Positions 16,863-25,860 of a stretch of 64,000 nt of DNA are shown piece after piece. Under the pieces are notes generated by a model, which was not told the origin of the DNA, searched no databases, and worked only from the letters and a program-made list of their open reading frames with translations. Made by a program: the position numbers and the translations under genes. How positions within the stretch are numbered: position 1 is the stretch's first letter; each line of letters begins with the position of its first letter. Origin of the DNA: an uncultured Acidobacteriota bacterium (GTDB lineage: Bacteria > Acidobacteriota > Blastocatellia > Pyrinomonadales > Pyrinomonadaceae). The stretch lies in NCBI GenBank assembly GCA_937871585.1, contig CALMPJ010000203.1:3963-67962 (forward strand), given 5' to 3'.

Positions 16863-17912
16863 TCAAAAAGAATTCGGCTGCGGGATCGGGATATCGGTGC
16901 CTAGGCCCCATTGATACGACTCCCAATTCCAGTCCGAACTCCGAAAAATATACCAAGTGCTATCGCTCGGCCGAAATACCGCCGGATCGGTCTTGCCGTC
17001 GCCGTCGTAATCTCCGGGCACGATCTTGTCGCCGGGAATTCCCCACGGCAACTGCCACAGTTCGCCGGTAGCACTGAATAATATCTTCCAGCGATAACGC
17101 CCGTCCTTAACATTCGCTCCGGCAAGGTCCGTTTTACCGTCATTATCGTAATCGCCCGGAGCGATCATCTCGACATCGAACGGCCGACGGATCGGCGGCT
17201 GAGTGTAACCGGCAACGAACGGCGACGGCCAGATCTCGTAGTATCCCGAACCGCGAACGCTAAGGTCGCGAACAAACATCGCAGCATCCGAATAGCCATC
17301 GTTGTTATAATCGCCGAGTGCCGGTATACGAGATGTCCATCCACCCAGACACTCTTCGGACACATCCTTTTGAAAAAGATTTTCACCCGACGCAAGCAGA
17401 AAACCTTCCATATAACAAACATCGGTCGGGTCGCCTGCCACGCGATAGGTAAAGACCCCAAGCTCGGGGCGTGGACCTTCGACAAAATTGCGATTGACTA
17501 CAATACCGTAACCGTAATGATAAATGACCTCGGTCTGTCCGGTCGTGCTGTATCTGATCCAATAGTCGCTTGCTTCCCACGGGACTTTGATCGTGTCCTC
17601 CCAAGATCTGAAAATGGCCAGATCGGCTTTTCCGTCGAGGTCGTAGTCGGCCACCGCAGGCCGGTCGCCGCCGGCACCGAACGGTATCACCATCGTCTCG
17701 CCGGTCGAACTCAGTCGAATAAAGAATTGCGACGTGCCGCGGACCGTCGGCGTCCAAATTCCTGGGCGGTAGAGCGATATGTCCGTCTTCCCGTCGCCGT
17801 CAAAGTCGAACAGCACGGTTCGGTCGCGTGCCGTTGCCGTCGAGATCGCGAACACGCACACGACTAGTATGTTTACGATCAAAGCTGCAAAAAAACTACA
17901 CCTTTCCTTCAT
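16863..17912 (-). CDS. Secreted FG-GAP/VCBS-repeat (beta-propeller) protein
   Basis: 349 aa with repeated DFDGDGKTD(I/L)..(Y/F)RP...W motifs. Confidence 0.75.
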   Translation of the reverse strand: MKERCSFFAALIVNILVVCVFAISTATARDRTVLFDFDGDGKTDISLYRPGIWTPTVRGTSQFFIRLSSTGETMVIPFGAGGDRPAVADYDLDGKADLAIFRSWEDTIKVPWEASDYWIRYSTTGQTEVIYHYGYGIVVNRNFVEGPRPELGVFTYRVAGDPTDVCYMEGFLLASGENLFQKDVSEECLGGWTSRIPALGDYNNDGYSDAAMFVRDLSVRGSGYYEIWPSPFVAGYTQPPIRRPFDVEMIAPGDYDNDGKTDLAGANVKDGRYRWKILFSATGELWQLPWGIPGDKIVPGDYDGDGKTDPAVFRPSDSTWYIFRSSDWNWESYQWGLGTDIPIPQPNSF

Positions 17913-17995
17913 CGACGGGAGACACCTCTCTTACAAATTTTCTTACAAAGGTTAGAAGGATTATAATTCGATTTTCAGCCAAAACCTAGTCGCGT

Positions 17996-18874
17996 ATGCC
18001 AAACTTAACGATTCCGAAACCCGCGAATTTTTCATTTCGCCACACGATAAACAGTCACGGCTGGTATGATCTGCGGCCGTTCGAGCTTGACGCAGAGAGA
18101 AATTCGCTTGGGTATGTTTTTCGACTAGCGAACGACGAAACGCCTGTGTTTGCTGACATTCGAGAGCGTGGCGGCATTATTGAGATCAAGACTGACGCTC
18201 GCGTTCCGGACGCTGCGGCACTCAAATCGTCAGTTCGGCACCTGTTGAGGCTCGATGATGAGATCGGTGAATTTTATGACGCTGCGGCGAAGCTCGGCAA
18301 AGTTACTTGGGCGTCGGAATGTTTCGCAGGGCGATTGCTCAGGTCGGCGACGGTTTTTGAGGACCTTATAAAGACCGTCTGCACGACCAATTGCACATGG
18401 TCCGTGACTCGCGGAATGACGACCAAGCTCGCCGAAAATCTTGGTCAAGAAACCGCGTGCGGACGCCGTGCGTTTCCGACTGCCGAAGCAATGGCCGCGA
18501 TGCCTGCGGACTTTTATCGCGATGTTATCCGTGCCGGTTATCGTGCTGAGTATCTCGCCGAGATCGCCGTCGCCGCTGCCGATGGAAAGCTCGATCCCGA
18601 AAGCTGGCTTACGTCCGGACTGCCTACGCCTGAGCTCAAAAAAGAAATGAAACGCGTCAAAGGCGTCGGCGATTACGCTGCCGACAATCTGCTAAAACTC
18701 ATCGGCCGCTACGACGGCCTGGCACTTGATTCGTGGCTACGTGCCGGTTTCTACAAAAAACACAACAGAGGCAAAAAATGCCCCGACAAAAAGATCGAAC
18801 GCCACTACGCCAAGTTCGACAAATGGCGCGGCCTAGCCATCTGGTGCGACATGACCGAAGACTGGTTCAGTTGA
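17996..18874 (+). CDS. HhH-GPD superfamily DNA glycosylase (AlkA / 3-methyladenine glycosylase II-like)
   Basis: 292 aa. MKRVKGVGDYAADNLLKLIGRYDGLALDSW gives the helix-hairpin-helix, Gly-rich loop and Asp. Confidence 0.7.
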   Translation: MPNLTIPKPANFSFRHTINSHGWYDLRPFELDAERNSLGYVFRLANDETPVFADIRERGGIIEIKTDARVPDAAALKSSVRHLLRLDDEIGEFYDAAAKLGKVTWASECFAGRLLRSATVFEDLIKTVCTTNCTWSVTRGMTTKLAENLGQETACGRRAFPTAEAMAAMPADFYRDVIRAGYRAEYLAEIAVAAADGKLDPESWLTSGLPTPELKKEMKRVKGVGDYAADNLLKLIGRYDGLALDSWLRAGFYKKHNRGKKCPDKKIERHYAKFDKWRGLAIWCDMTEDWFS

Positions 18875-18990
18875 TATTTTTTTTGCACGCAATTGTCTCA
18901 AATATACGGCAGACCAAAAAATGTGCTGCGGCATCAAAGTGTAGTATCATCTTTGGAAACAGTTTTTCCAACCGCGTCGTATTTTGCTTT

Positions 18991-20643
18991 ATGATCGAAG
19001 CCGGAACATTACTGCAGCAGCGATATCGGATCGATAAACAGATCGGTCAGGGCGGTATGGGTGCGGTCTATGTTTCGACCGACGAGCGGTTTGGGAGTAC
19101 GGTTGCGATCAAGGAAACTCTATGTAACGACGACAATTTCCGTAAGGCTCTGGAAAGGGAAGCTCGGCTGCTGAACAGTCTGAAGCACGCCGCTCTGCCG
19201 CGTGTTACCGACCATTTCGAAGAGAACGAAGGCCTGTTCATCGTGATGGAATTCATACCGGGCGATGACCTTTCGGTGTTATTGGACCGCGACCAAAAGC
19301 CGTTTCCGGTCGAGACGGTGCAGACTTGGGCTACGCAACTGCTTGATGCACTTGAGTTTTTGCACACGCAAGAAATTCCGGTCGTTCACCGCGACATTAA
19401 GCCGCAGAATCTAAAGGTCACGAATCGCGGCCAGATAATCCTGCTCGATTTTGGTTTGGCAAAAGGCAATCCAACGGACGCCGCGCACAACACGGCGGCG
19501 AAGAGTATCTTCGGATATTCGCGAAATTACGCTTCGCTCGAACAGATACAGGGCACCGGAACCGACCCTCGGAGCGACATTTATTCGCTTGCAGCGACGC
19601 TGTACCACTTGGTCACTGGCGTTGCGCCTGAGGACGCGTTGACGCGTGCGATGGCGGTTTTGAGCAAGAGGGCAGATCCGCTCGTTCCGGCGAATTCGAT
19701 CATAGCTGAGATACCAAAAGGCTTTGCAGGCGTGTTGCAACGAGCGCTCGACCTCGACGCTGCCGAACGGCCTGCGTCCGCTTCGGAGATGCGGCAGATG
19801 CTTGAGAATAGCGAAAGCTTCGCTCATTTTGCCGATGCTGTGACAGTGGCGATACCTGCGGCTGATGCAAAAGTTTTTGGTCAGCAGACCAAAATAATGC
19901 CCGAGGCGACGTTAGCCGAGGCTCATCGTTTGACCGATCTCAAGACCGAAGTTCTATCTGAGCCTGTGTCGCAAGTGACGAACATTCGATCGCTTGCCGA
20001 CACAGACTCTCCTAAACCAAAGCGTAAGGGCTTTGCGGTCGCGGCAGGAGGCCTTGGGCTCTTGCTCGTTGGCTGCGTTGTCGCCGGTGGGCTTTATGTT
20101 GCCAGGCCCGATATGTTTCATGCCGCGCCGGCGGTGACCACAACAGACGCCGCACCGAAAAACGATCCTAAGCCCGAAACCTCAGAAGCTGTACCGTCGC
20201 TGGTCGATAGCCAATCCTCAACGGTCGCAAATACGAACACCGTCGCCGTGCCCGATGTTTCTTCCGATAAGTCGAAGCCTACCGATGCTCAGCCAAAGAC
20301 TGGAGAAACAGCCAAGACCGGCCAGCAAACGCCTAAGAATGACGATCCGACCGACGGAGAAATGGTCATTTCTTCGGAGGATGAAGACGGTCACCCTGTT
20401 ACGGTAAAGCAGTCTGCTGACGGCCGTACGACGACTGTCATTACAAAGGACGGCACTTACACAACGCGAGACGGTACGGTTGTGCAGCGGCCTCGGGCTC
20501 CAATTCCCGGACGTCCGCCAAATTTCCCGCAGGGTATCGATCCAAAGAAACTGACACCCGAACAACGGCGAAAACTGCGTATTCTGATGAATGATCCGAA
20601 TTTCAGGCCGCCGCCCGATTATCCTCAGAAGCCTACGAATTAG
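18991..20643 (+). CDS. Ser/Thr protein kinase with a TM helix and a Pro/Thr-rich extracytoplasmic tail
   Basis: Motifs IGQGGMGAVY, VAIKE, VVHRDIKPQNLKV and LLDFGLAK. The TM helix is FAVAAGGLGLLLVGCVVAGGLYV. The track ORF starts at 18733, but the kinase domain begins at the in-frame ATG at 18991. Confidence 0.85.
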   Translation: MIEAGTLLQQRYRIDKQIGQGGMGAVYVSTDERFGSTVAIKETLCNDDNFRKALEREARLLNSLKHAALPRVTDHFEENEGLFIVMEFIPGDDLSVLLDRDQKPFPVETVQTWATQLLDALEFLHTQEIPVVHRDIKPQNLKVTNRGQIILLDFGLAKGNPTDAAHNTAAKSIFGYSRNYASLEQIQGTGTDPRSDIYSLAATLYHLVTGVAPEDALTRAMAVLSKRADPLVPANSIIAEIPKGFAGVLQRALDLDAAERPASASEMRQMLENSESFAHFADAVTVAIPAADAKVFGQQTKIMPEATLAEAHRLTDLKTEVLSEPVSQVTNIRSLADTDSPKPKRKGFAVAAGGLGLLLVGCVVAGGLYVARPDMFHAAPAVTTTDAAPKNDPKPETSEAVPSLVDSQSSTVANTNTVAVPDVSSDKSKPTDAQPKTGETAKTGQQTPKNDDPTDGEMVISSEDEDGHPVTVKQSADGRTTTVITKDGTYTTRDGTVVQRPRAPIPGRPPNFPQGIDPKKLTPEQRRKLRILMNDPNFRPPPDYPQKPTN

Positions 20644-21268
20644 GCAGTCCGGAAGCGATCGTCTGACGCAGCCGTTCGGTTGCTTCGTCTACATCTTCGC
20701 CTTTTTCTATGGCGATCGGCGGATGAAATCGTATCGTCACGCGCCGAAACAGGCCCGGATATTTTTGTAACTGCGGCCAGATGCGGTTGCCTCCGATGAT
20801 CGTTACCGGAAGTATCGGAACGCCCGAACGTTCGGCGATATGAACGATCCCATTCTTGAATTCAAACATCTTGCCGTCCGCAAATTCTCTTGCTCCCTCA
20901 GGAAAAATGATCAGTCCGGCCCCGTCACGCAGCGAGCGAAGCGCCTTTTTCATGAACGATGTTGAGGTGTCGATCGGATGCTTGACGGGAAATGCACCGA
21001 TAAAGCGCATAAATGAACCGATAAAACGCCACTCGAATGCCTTGTCGTAAGAGAGGTACTGCATCTTGCGTCGCAGCGGAATACTGATCCAAACGGGATC
21101 GACGTACGTTTGGTGATTTGCCGCAATGAGCAGACCGCCGGTTTCGGCTCTTGGAATGTTTTCGACGCCTTCGAATCGAACCAACCAGAGCACTTTACTT
21201 ATCGTCCACGCGACGCCAGTCAGGAGCCGATAGACGAAATATGGCGGATATTTGGTTTCGCTGGTCAC
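20633..21268 (-). CDS. plsC: 1-acyl-sn-glycerol-3-phosphate acyltransferase family (lysophospholipid acyltransferase)
   Basis: Motifs AANHQTYVDP (HX4D) and IIFPEGAR. Confidence 0.8.
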   Translation of the reverse strand: MTSETKYPPYFVYRLLTGVAWTISKVLWLVRFEGVENIPRAETGGLLIAANHQTYVDPVWISIPLRRKMQYLSYDKAFEWRFIGSFMRFIGAFPVKHPIDTSTSFMKKALRSLRDGAGLIIFPEGAREFADGKMFEFKNGIVHIAERSGVPILPVTIIGGNRIWPQLQKYPGLFRRVTIRFHPPIAIEKGEDVDEATERLRQTIASGLPNS

Positions 21269-21337
21269 AAAAAAACCGTGGCGTGTGCCTCGGTCATAAG
21301 TTAGTTTATTGTGAACTATCTTTCCAACTCAGGAGTG

Positions 21338-22126
21338 TTAAACCGAAATACGAGCATTAGTTTCCGTAGAACCAACGCCGTTCTCGAACAATAGTTTGTG
21401 CATTGGAAATTCTTCGTCAACGAATTGTAGGTGCAGCGTGGTGTCCTTACCGTCCTTCGAAACTTTCCGATTTCGCACTTCGGCGATGCTGTAGAAATCG
21501 TATTCTACGCAAGCGATCTTTACCTTTTCGCCTAGCTCGACCTCGAGGTCGCAGCCGACCGAGAGTCCGCTTGCGCTAATATCCTTTGACCTCGCCCGTA
21601 CTTTAGCGGCATCTTCGCGAGTTCGCTTCATTTGCGAGACCGTAAGCTCAATTGAGCGCCAAAAACGTGGATTCTTACGAGGCTTGAACTGCGAATTGGC
21701 TTCGGTGATCGTCCACAAACCGTTTGCTGCTACACCTGAGAATCGATAGTTCTGCTTCGGATCAGCCTTGAAACTCTCAGGCATTTCTTTGCCGACGAAA
21801 CCAACGCCGACCTGAAATACCTTATTACCGTTTTGATTGGTCTCTGTGACGTGCTGAACGAGGCCGAGAACAGGATACAATTCGGCGTCTTCGTCATACG
21901 CGCGAAATTCGACCGGCATTGGCAGAACTAACGATACGAGCCGTCCGACCTCGACCTTTTTGGTCAATGTAAATCCGGCACCGTTTTTCGAAACCGTCGA
22001 AACTGCGGTGACCTCTTTCCAAGCCTCACTGACTGATTCTTTGACTTGAACGATGGTCTTTAAGTCGGTTGATAATCGATGCGACCGGCGGTCGTCTTGG
22101 GTTTTTGTTACGTTGGTACTGCTCAT
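21338..22126 (-). CDS. Tandem (double) PilZ-domain protein
   Basis: RRSHR...VSKNGAG and RKNPR...DISASG are two RxxxR + (D/N)xSxxG-type motif pairs. It is a paralogue of the next gene. Confidence 0.65.
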   Translation of the reverse strand: MSSTNVTKTQDDRRSHRLSTDLKTIVQVKESVSEAWKEVTAVSTVSKNGAGFTLTKKVEVGRLVSLVLPMPVEFRAYDEDAELYPVLGLVQHVTETNQNGNKVFQVGVGFVGKEMPESFKADPKQNYRFSGVAANGLWTITEANSQFKPRKNPRFWRSIELTVSQMKRTREDAAKVRARSKDISASGLSVGCDLEVELGEKVKIACVEYDFYSIAEVRNRKVSKDGKDTTLHLQFVDEEFPMHKLLFENGVGSTETNARISV

Positions 22127-22153
22127 AACGTCGGGAGATGCTGATCTGGCTGC

Positions 22154-22960
22154 TTATTCGATGCCTTCGAGAGGGAAAAGGCGATCGATAAATTCGAGAT
22201 GGAGTCTGGTGATACCGTCCTGACCGGTTCTCTTGCCACGCACCACCGAAATTATTGTAACATCAAACCGCTCGCTTTTGACACGTAAAAATGCGCCGGG
22301 ATCGAGGTCGTATTGTGTAAACACTGCCGCTCCGCCGAAACTAATGTTCTCCGTAACGGTTGATTCGGTTTGAATGACATTTCCATCCTGATCCAAAAGC
22401 TCAAGGCTAATGCACTCCGGAATGAAAAATCGTGTCTGTTTCCTAAGGTCTTTTGGCAGGTCGCTGTCGTCGGCTCGTAGATCGGCCTCGACAACGTGCC
22501 AGAATCCTTCGCTCTCTGATTCTCGATGGCTAATGTCATATAGCCGCGCCGGATGTTCGAGATAGTCCGACGGCGGTTTTTGTCCTGTAAATGCAACGCC
22601 GACCGCAAAGCTTGGATCCGATGCCGATTTAGATGTCGAAATACATCGACGAACAAGTCCCCAGATCTTGTATTGCGGCTCGCTATAGTCGAAACAACGC
22701 AATTGTCGAGGCATCGGTATCGTCAATTGAACAAGGCGACCGCGTTTTACGGGGCGTTTTAGCGTAAATCCCGCACCAAATGCTGATACGTCGCTAAGCC
22801 GAGTTACCTCATTCCACGATGATTTCGTGTCGATCCTGACCTCGATACGTGCCGGCAGAGGCAGCGAAATTCGTTGAATTCGCCGGTTTTCTTTCTCGAC
22901 GGTTGACGCTGCGGTGGTGCCTATCCCCGAAGGGCTGTTTTGTGGTTGCTGATTGTACAT
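22154..22960 (-). CDS. Tandem (double) PilZ-domain protein
   Basis: RRIQR...DVSAFGAG and RKQTR...NISFGG are two c-di-GMP-binding motif pairs. Confidence 0.65.
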   Translation of the reverse strand: MYNQQPQNSPSGIGTTAASTVEKENRRIQRISLPLPARIEVRIDTKSSWNEVTRLSDVSAFGAGFTLKRPVKRGRLVQLTIPMPRQLRCFDYSEPQYKIWGLVRRCISTSKSASDPSFAVGVAFTGQKPPSDYLEHPARLYDISHRESESEGFWHVVEADLRADDSDLPKDLRKQTRFFIPECISLELLDQDGNVIQTESTVTENISFGGAAVFTQYDLDPGAFLRVKSERFDVTIISVVRGKRTGQDGITRLHLEFIDRLFPLEGIE

Positions 22961-23023
22961 TTTGGACGCCTCAGAATCGGCGTTTACCCAAGAAAATCGG
23001 GCTGTTCTGGAATTTTCGCTGAG

Positions 23024-23052
23024 TTGCGAAACAGGCTTTTGGCCTGTATAAT
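23024..23052 (+). promoter_or_regulatory. Candidate sigma-70 promoter of gyrA
   Basis: TTGCGA, 17 nt, TATAAT, about 70 nt upstream of the ATG. Confidence 0.45.
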
Positions 23053-23120
23053 TTAGAAATATTTAAGACGCAGATTTTTCCAGAAATCGGCCGTGCAAGC
23101 TACCGTCTTTCAAACCAAAA

Positions 23121-25664
23121 ATGGACTCATTAATTGAACGCAATCAGATAAATATCGAAGACGAGATGCGCCGTTCGTATCTCGATTACGCAATGTCGGT
23201 CATCATCGGCCGTGCATTGCCCGACGTGCGCGACGGATTCAAACCTGTACATCGACGCGTGCTTTACGGCATGTACGAGGCCGGGAATACGTCGAGCAAG
23301 GGCTTCCGCAAATCTGCCGGTCCGGTCGGTGACGTTATGGGACGTTACCATCCACACGGCGACTCGGCGATCTACGACACGATCGTCCGCATGGCTCAGG
23401 ATTTTTCGCTTCGATATCCGCTGATCACGGGCCAAGGCAACTTCGGTTCGATCGACGGAGACAATCCTGCGGCAATGCGTTACACCGAGGTCAAGCTTGC
23501 TAAGATCTCGGACGAGATCCTCGCCGACATTGAAAAGGAGACGGTCGATTTTCAACCGAACTATGATGGCCGTCTGTCCGAGCCAACAGTTCTGCCGACG
23601 CGAATTCCAAACCTGCTTGTAAACGGCTCCGAAGGCATTGCCGTCGGAATGGCGACGAAAATTCCGCCGCACAATCTTACGGAAGTTGTCGATGCGTCGA
23701 TCGCAGTGCTGAAAGACCCGCATATTCCGGTCGATGATCTGATCAAACTCGTTCCGGGCCCTGATTTTCCGACGGCAGGATTCATCTATGGCCGCGAGGA
23801 AATTCACCGTGCCTATCGAACAGGACGCGGCATCATTCAAATTCGCGCACGTGCCGTTGTCGACGAGATCGGCCGAGGCGACCGTACGCGAAATGCGATC
23901 GTCGTCACGGAACTGCCGTATCAAGTTAACAAGGCGAAGCTTCACGCTCACATTGCGGAACTTGCTCAGGAGAAGAAACTCGACGGCGTTTCAGAGGTTC
24001 GCGACGAATCGAGCCGCGAAGGTATGCGGCTTGTCGTTGAACTCAAACGCGACGCAATTCCGCAGGTCGTTCTAAACAAGCTTTACAAGCTGACGGCGAT
24101 GCAGACGTCGTTCGGCATCATCAACATCGCGATCGTTGACGGCCAGCCAAAGGTGCTGAACCTCAAGCAGATGATCGAGGCGTTCGTCGATTTCCGCCGC
24201 GAGGTCGTTCGCCGACGAACGGAATTCGACTTACGCAAGGCTCAGGCTCGTGCACACATCTTGGAAGGCTTGAACAAAGCGATCGACGCTTTGGACTACA
24301 TCATTCCGCTGATCCGAAATTCTCGCAGCGTTGACGAAGCACGCCATTGGCTCACGTCGCGATTTGATGCGATCGAAGAGATCAAGAAATGGCGCGGCGT
24401 TTCGGGCGAAAAATCTGATGAGCAGTTCGTAAAAGAACTCAAGAAGGTCATCGGCGGCATCGAGTTTACTGAAATTCAGGCACAAGCGATCCTTGATCTG
24501 CAACTTCGCAGACTGTCGGCCCTCGAACGCCAAAAGATCCTCGACGAATACGCCGAGATTATCAAGTACATCGCTGAACTCGAGAATATTCTTGAGAACG
24601 ACAGCGTTCTGCGACAGGTCGTTATTGACGAACTGACCGAAGTAAAACGTGTTTATGGCGATGCTCGCCGAACGGTCATCGTTGACGCAGGTGTCGATCT
24701 CAAGATCGAGGACCTGATCGCCGACGAAGAGGTTGCGATCACTGTCACTAAAGCCGGCTACATCAAACGTACGCCTGTTTCGACATATTCGCGACAAGGC
24801 CGCGGCGGCAAAGGTCGTCTTGGTGCGACGGCGAAGAACGAAGATTTCGTCGAGCATTTGTTCACGGCCTCTACGCACGATGCTTTGATGATCTTTACCG
24901 ACGACGGTCAGGTTTATAAGATCAAGGTCCACGAAATTCCCGAGGCCGCACCGGCGGCTCGCGGCAAGGCCGTCGTCAATCTTGTTCAGCTTTCGCAAGA
25001 GCGTCGCATGGTCGCGACGATGGCCGTGCGTGATTTTACCGAGGAAGTTTACCTCACGATGGTCACAAAGAACGGCGTTATCAAGAAAACGGCACTGAGC
25101 GACTATCAGAACATCCGTGCCAACGGCATCAACGCTATCAACATCGACGAAGGCGACGAATTGCTCGACATCATCCGAACCGACGGCAAGCGTCAGATCC
25201 TGATCGCTACGCACGACGGTATGGCAGTTCGGTTCCAAGAAACGGACGTTCGCCCGATGGGACGTGCGGCTCGCGGTGTACGCGGCGTGAATCTTCGCGG
25301 CGGCGATTATGTCGTGTCGGTTTGCAGCGTCTCGCAAGAGGGAACTGAGAAGGTTCTTTCGGTTTCCGAGAAAGGTTTTGGCAAGCAGACTATCGTCGGC
25401 AGCTATCGCCTCGCCAAACGCGGAGGCATCGGCGTCATTAATATGAAGACGACCGAAAAGACCGGAAAGGTCGTTGCCACGTTCCCGGTCGAGGAAGACA
25501 GCGAGATCATGATCATAACGCAGCAGGCGAAGCTAATTCGCCTCGGCGTCGACAAGATCCGTGAAACCGGCCGCAGTGCCCAAGGCGTCACGCTCATCAA
25601 ATGCGGCGACGACGATCTGGTAACGTCGGCAAGTCTGCTGGCGGCTGAGACGGACGAGGAGTAG
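23121..25664 (+). CDS. gyrA: DNA gyrase subunit A
   Basis: 847 aa. [39 protein letters not shown], plus C-terminal beta-pinwheel repeats. Confidence 0.97.
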   Translation: MDSLIERNQINIEDEMRRSYLDYAMSVIIGRALPDVRDGFKPVHRRVLYGMYEAGNTSSKGFRKSAGPVGDVMGRYHPHGDSAIYDTIVRMAQDFSLRYPLITGQGNFGSIDGDNPAAMRYTEVKLAKISDEILADIEKETVDFQPNYDGRLSEPTVLPTRIPNLLVNGSEGIAVGMATKIPPHNLTEVVDASIAVLKDPHIPVDDLIKLVPGPDFPTAGFIYGREEIHRAYRTGRGIIQIRARAVVDEIGRGDRTRNAIVVTELPYQVNKAKLHAHIAELAQEKKLDGVSEVRDESSREGMRLVVELKRDAIPQVVLNKLYKLTAMQTSFGIINIAIVDGQPKVLNLKQMIEAFVDFRREVVRRRTEFDLRKAQARAHILEGLNKAIDALDYIIPLIRNSRSVDEARHWLTSRFDAIEEIKKWRGVSGEKSDEQFVKELKKVIGGIEFTEIQAQAILDLQLRRLSALERQKILDEYAEIIKYIAELENILENDSVLRQVVIDELTEVKRVYGDARRTVIVDAGVDLKIEDLIADEEVAITVTKAGYIKRTPVSTYSRQGRGGKGRLGATAKNEDFVEHLFTASTHDALMIFTDDGQVYKIKVHEIPEAAPAARGKAVVNLVQLSQERRMVATMAVRDFTEEVYLTMVTKNGVIKKTALSDYQNIRANGINAINIDEGDELLDIIRTDGKRQILIATHDGMAVRFQETDVRPMGRAARGVRGVNLRGGDYVVSVCSVSQEGTEKVLSVSEKGFGKQTIVGSYRLAKRGGIGVINMKTTEKTGKVVATFPVEEDSEIMIITQQAKLIRLGVDKIRETGRSAQGVTLIKCGDDDLVTSASLLAAETDEE

Positions 25665-25733
25665 GGACTCTTCGGCTATGCCGGTTCGCCGAGCGGAAAA
25701 GCTGTGCTTTTCCGAAAGCGTCTCATAAAAATC

Positions 25734-25770
25734 GCCCATTCTGAGGCTTCGCCTCAGAATGGGCTTTTCA
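25734..25770. terminator. Bidirectional rho-independent terminator between convergent gyrA and the beta-helix gene
   Basis: Perfect 14-bp stem gcccattctgaggc/gcctcagaatgggc with a 3-nt loop. It is followed by TTTTC on the plus strand and by a T-rich tract on the minus strand. Confidence 0.75.
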
Positions 25771-25860
25771 TGTAGTAGCCCTTGCCCGGCGAAACACAGT
25801 TTCGCCGCTCGGCGAGAGGGCATAGCCTAGTTACGGACAAGGATGTCCGCGGACCAACCA

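Noticed and set aside
18733-18990. N-terminal extensions of track ORFs. Examples: kinase 18733, accD 51327, PATR protein 51587, folC 53626, IMPase 48571, aqpZ 46665, YeiH 56434, beta-helix 27570, the 141-aa ORF 40605, and the small ORF 45750 that runs through a tRNA.
   Set aside because: The longest-ORF convention overshoots here. The conserved N-termini or signal peptides begin at internal ATGs, and several extensions overlap neighbouring genes, a tRNA, a terminator or a promoter.
23130-25337. Long antisense ORFs inside gyrA (23130-23951, 24231-25337). Similar ones occur inside uvrA (57752-58630, 58661-59176), the beta-helix gene (26677-27624), the aldolase (34098-34676) and elsewhere.
   Set aside because: They lie opposite strongly recognisable genes and have Arg/Ser/Ala-rich low-information translations and no family signatures. 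Open antisense frames are expected in this codon usage.
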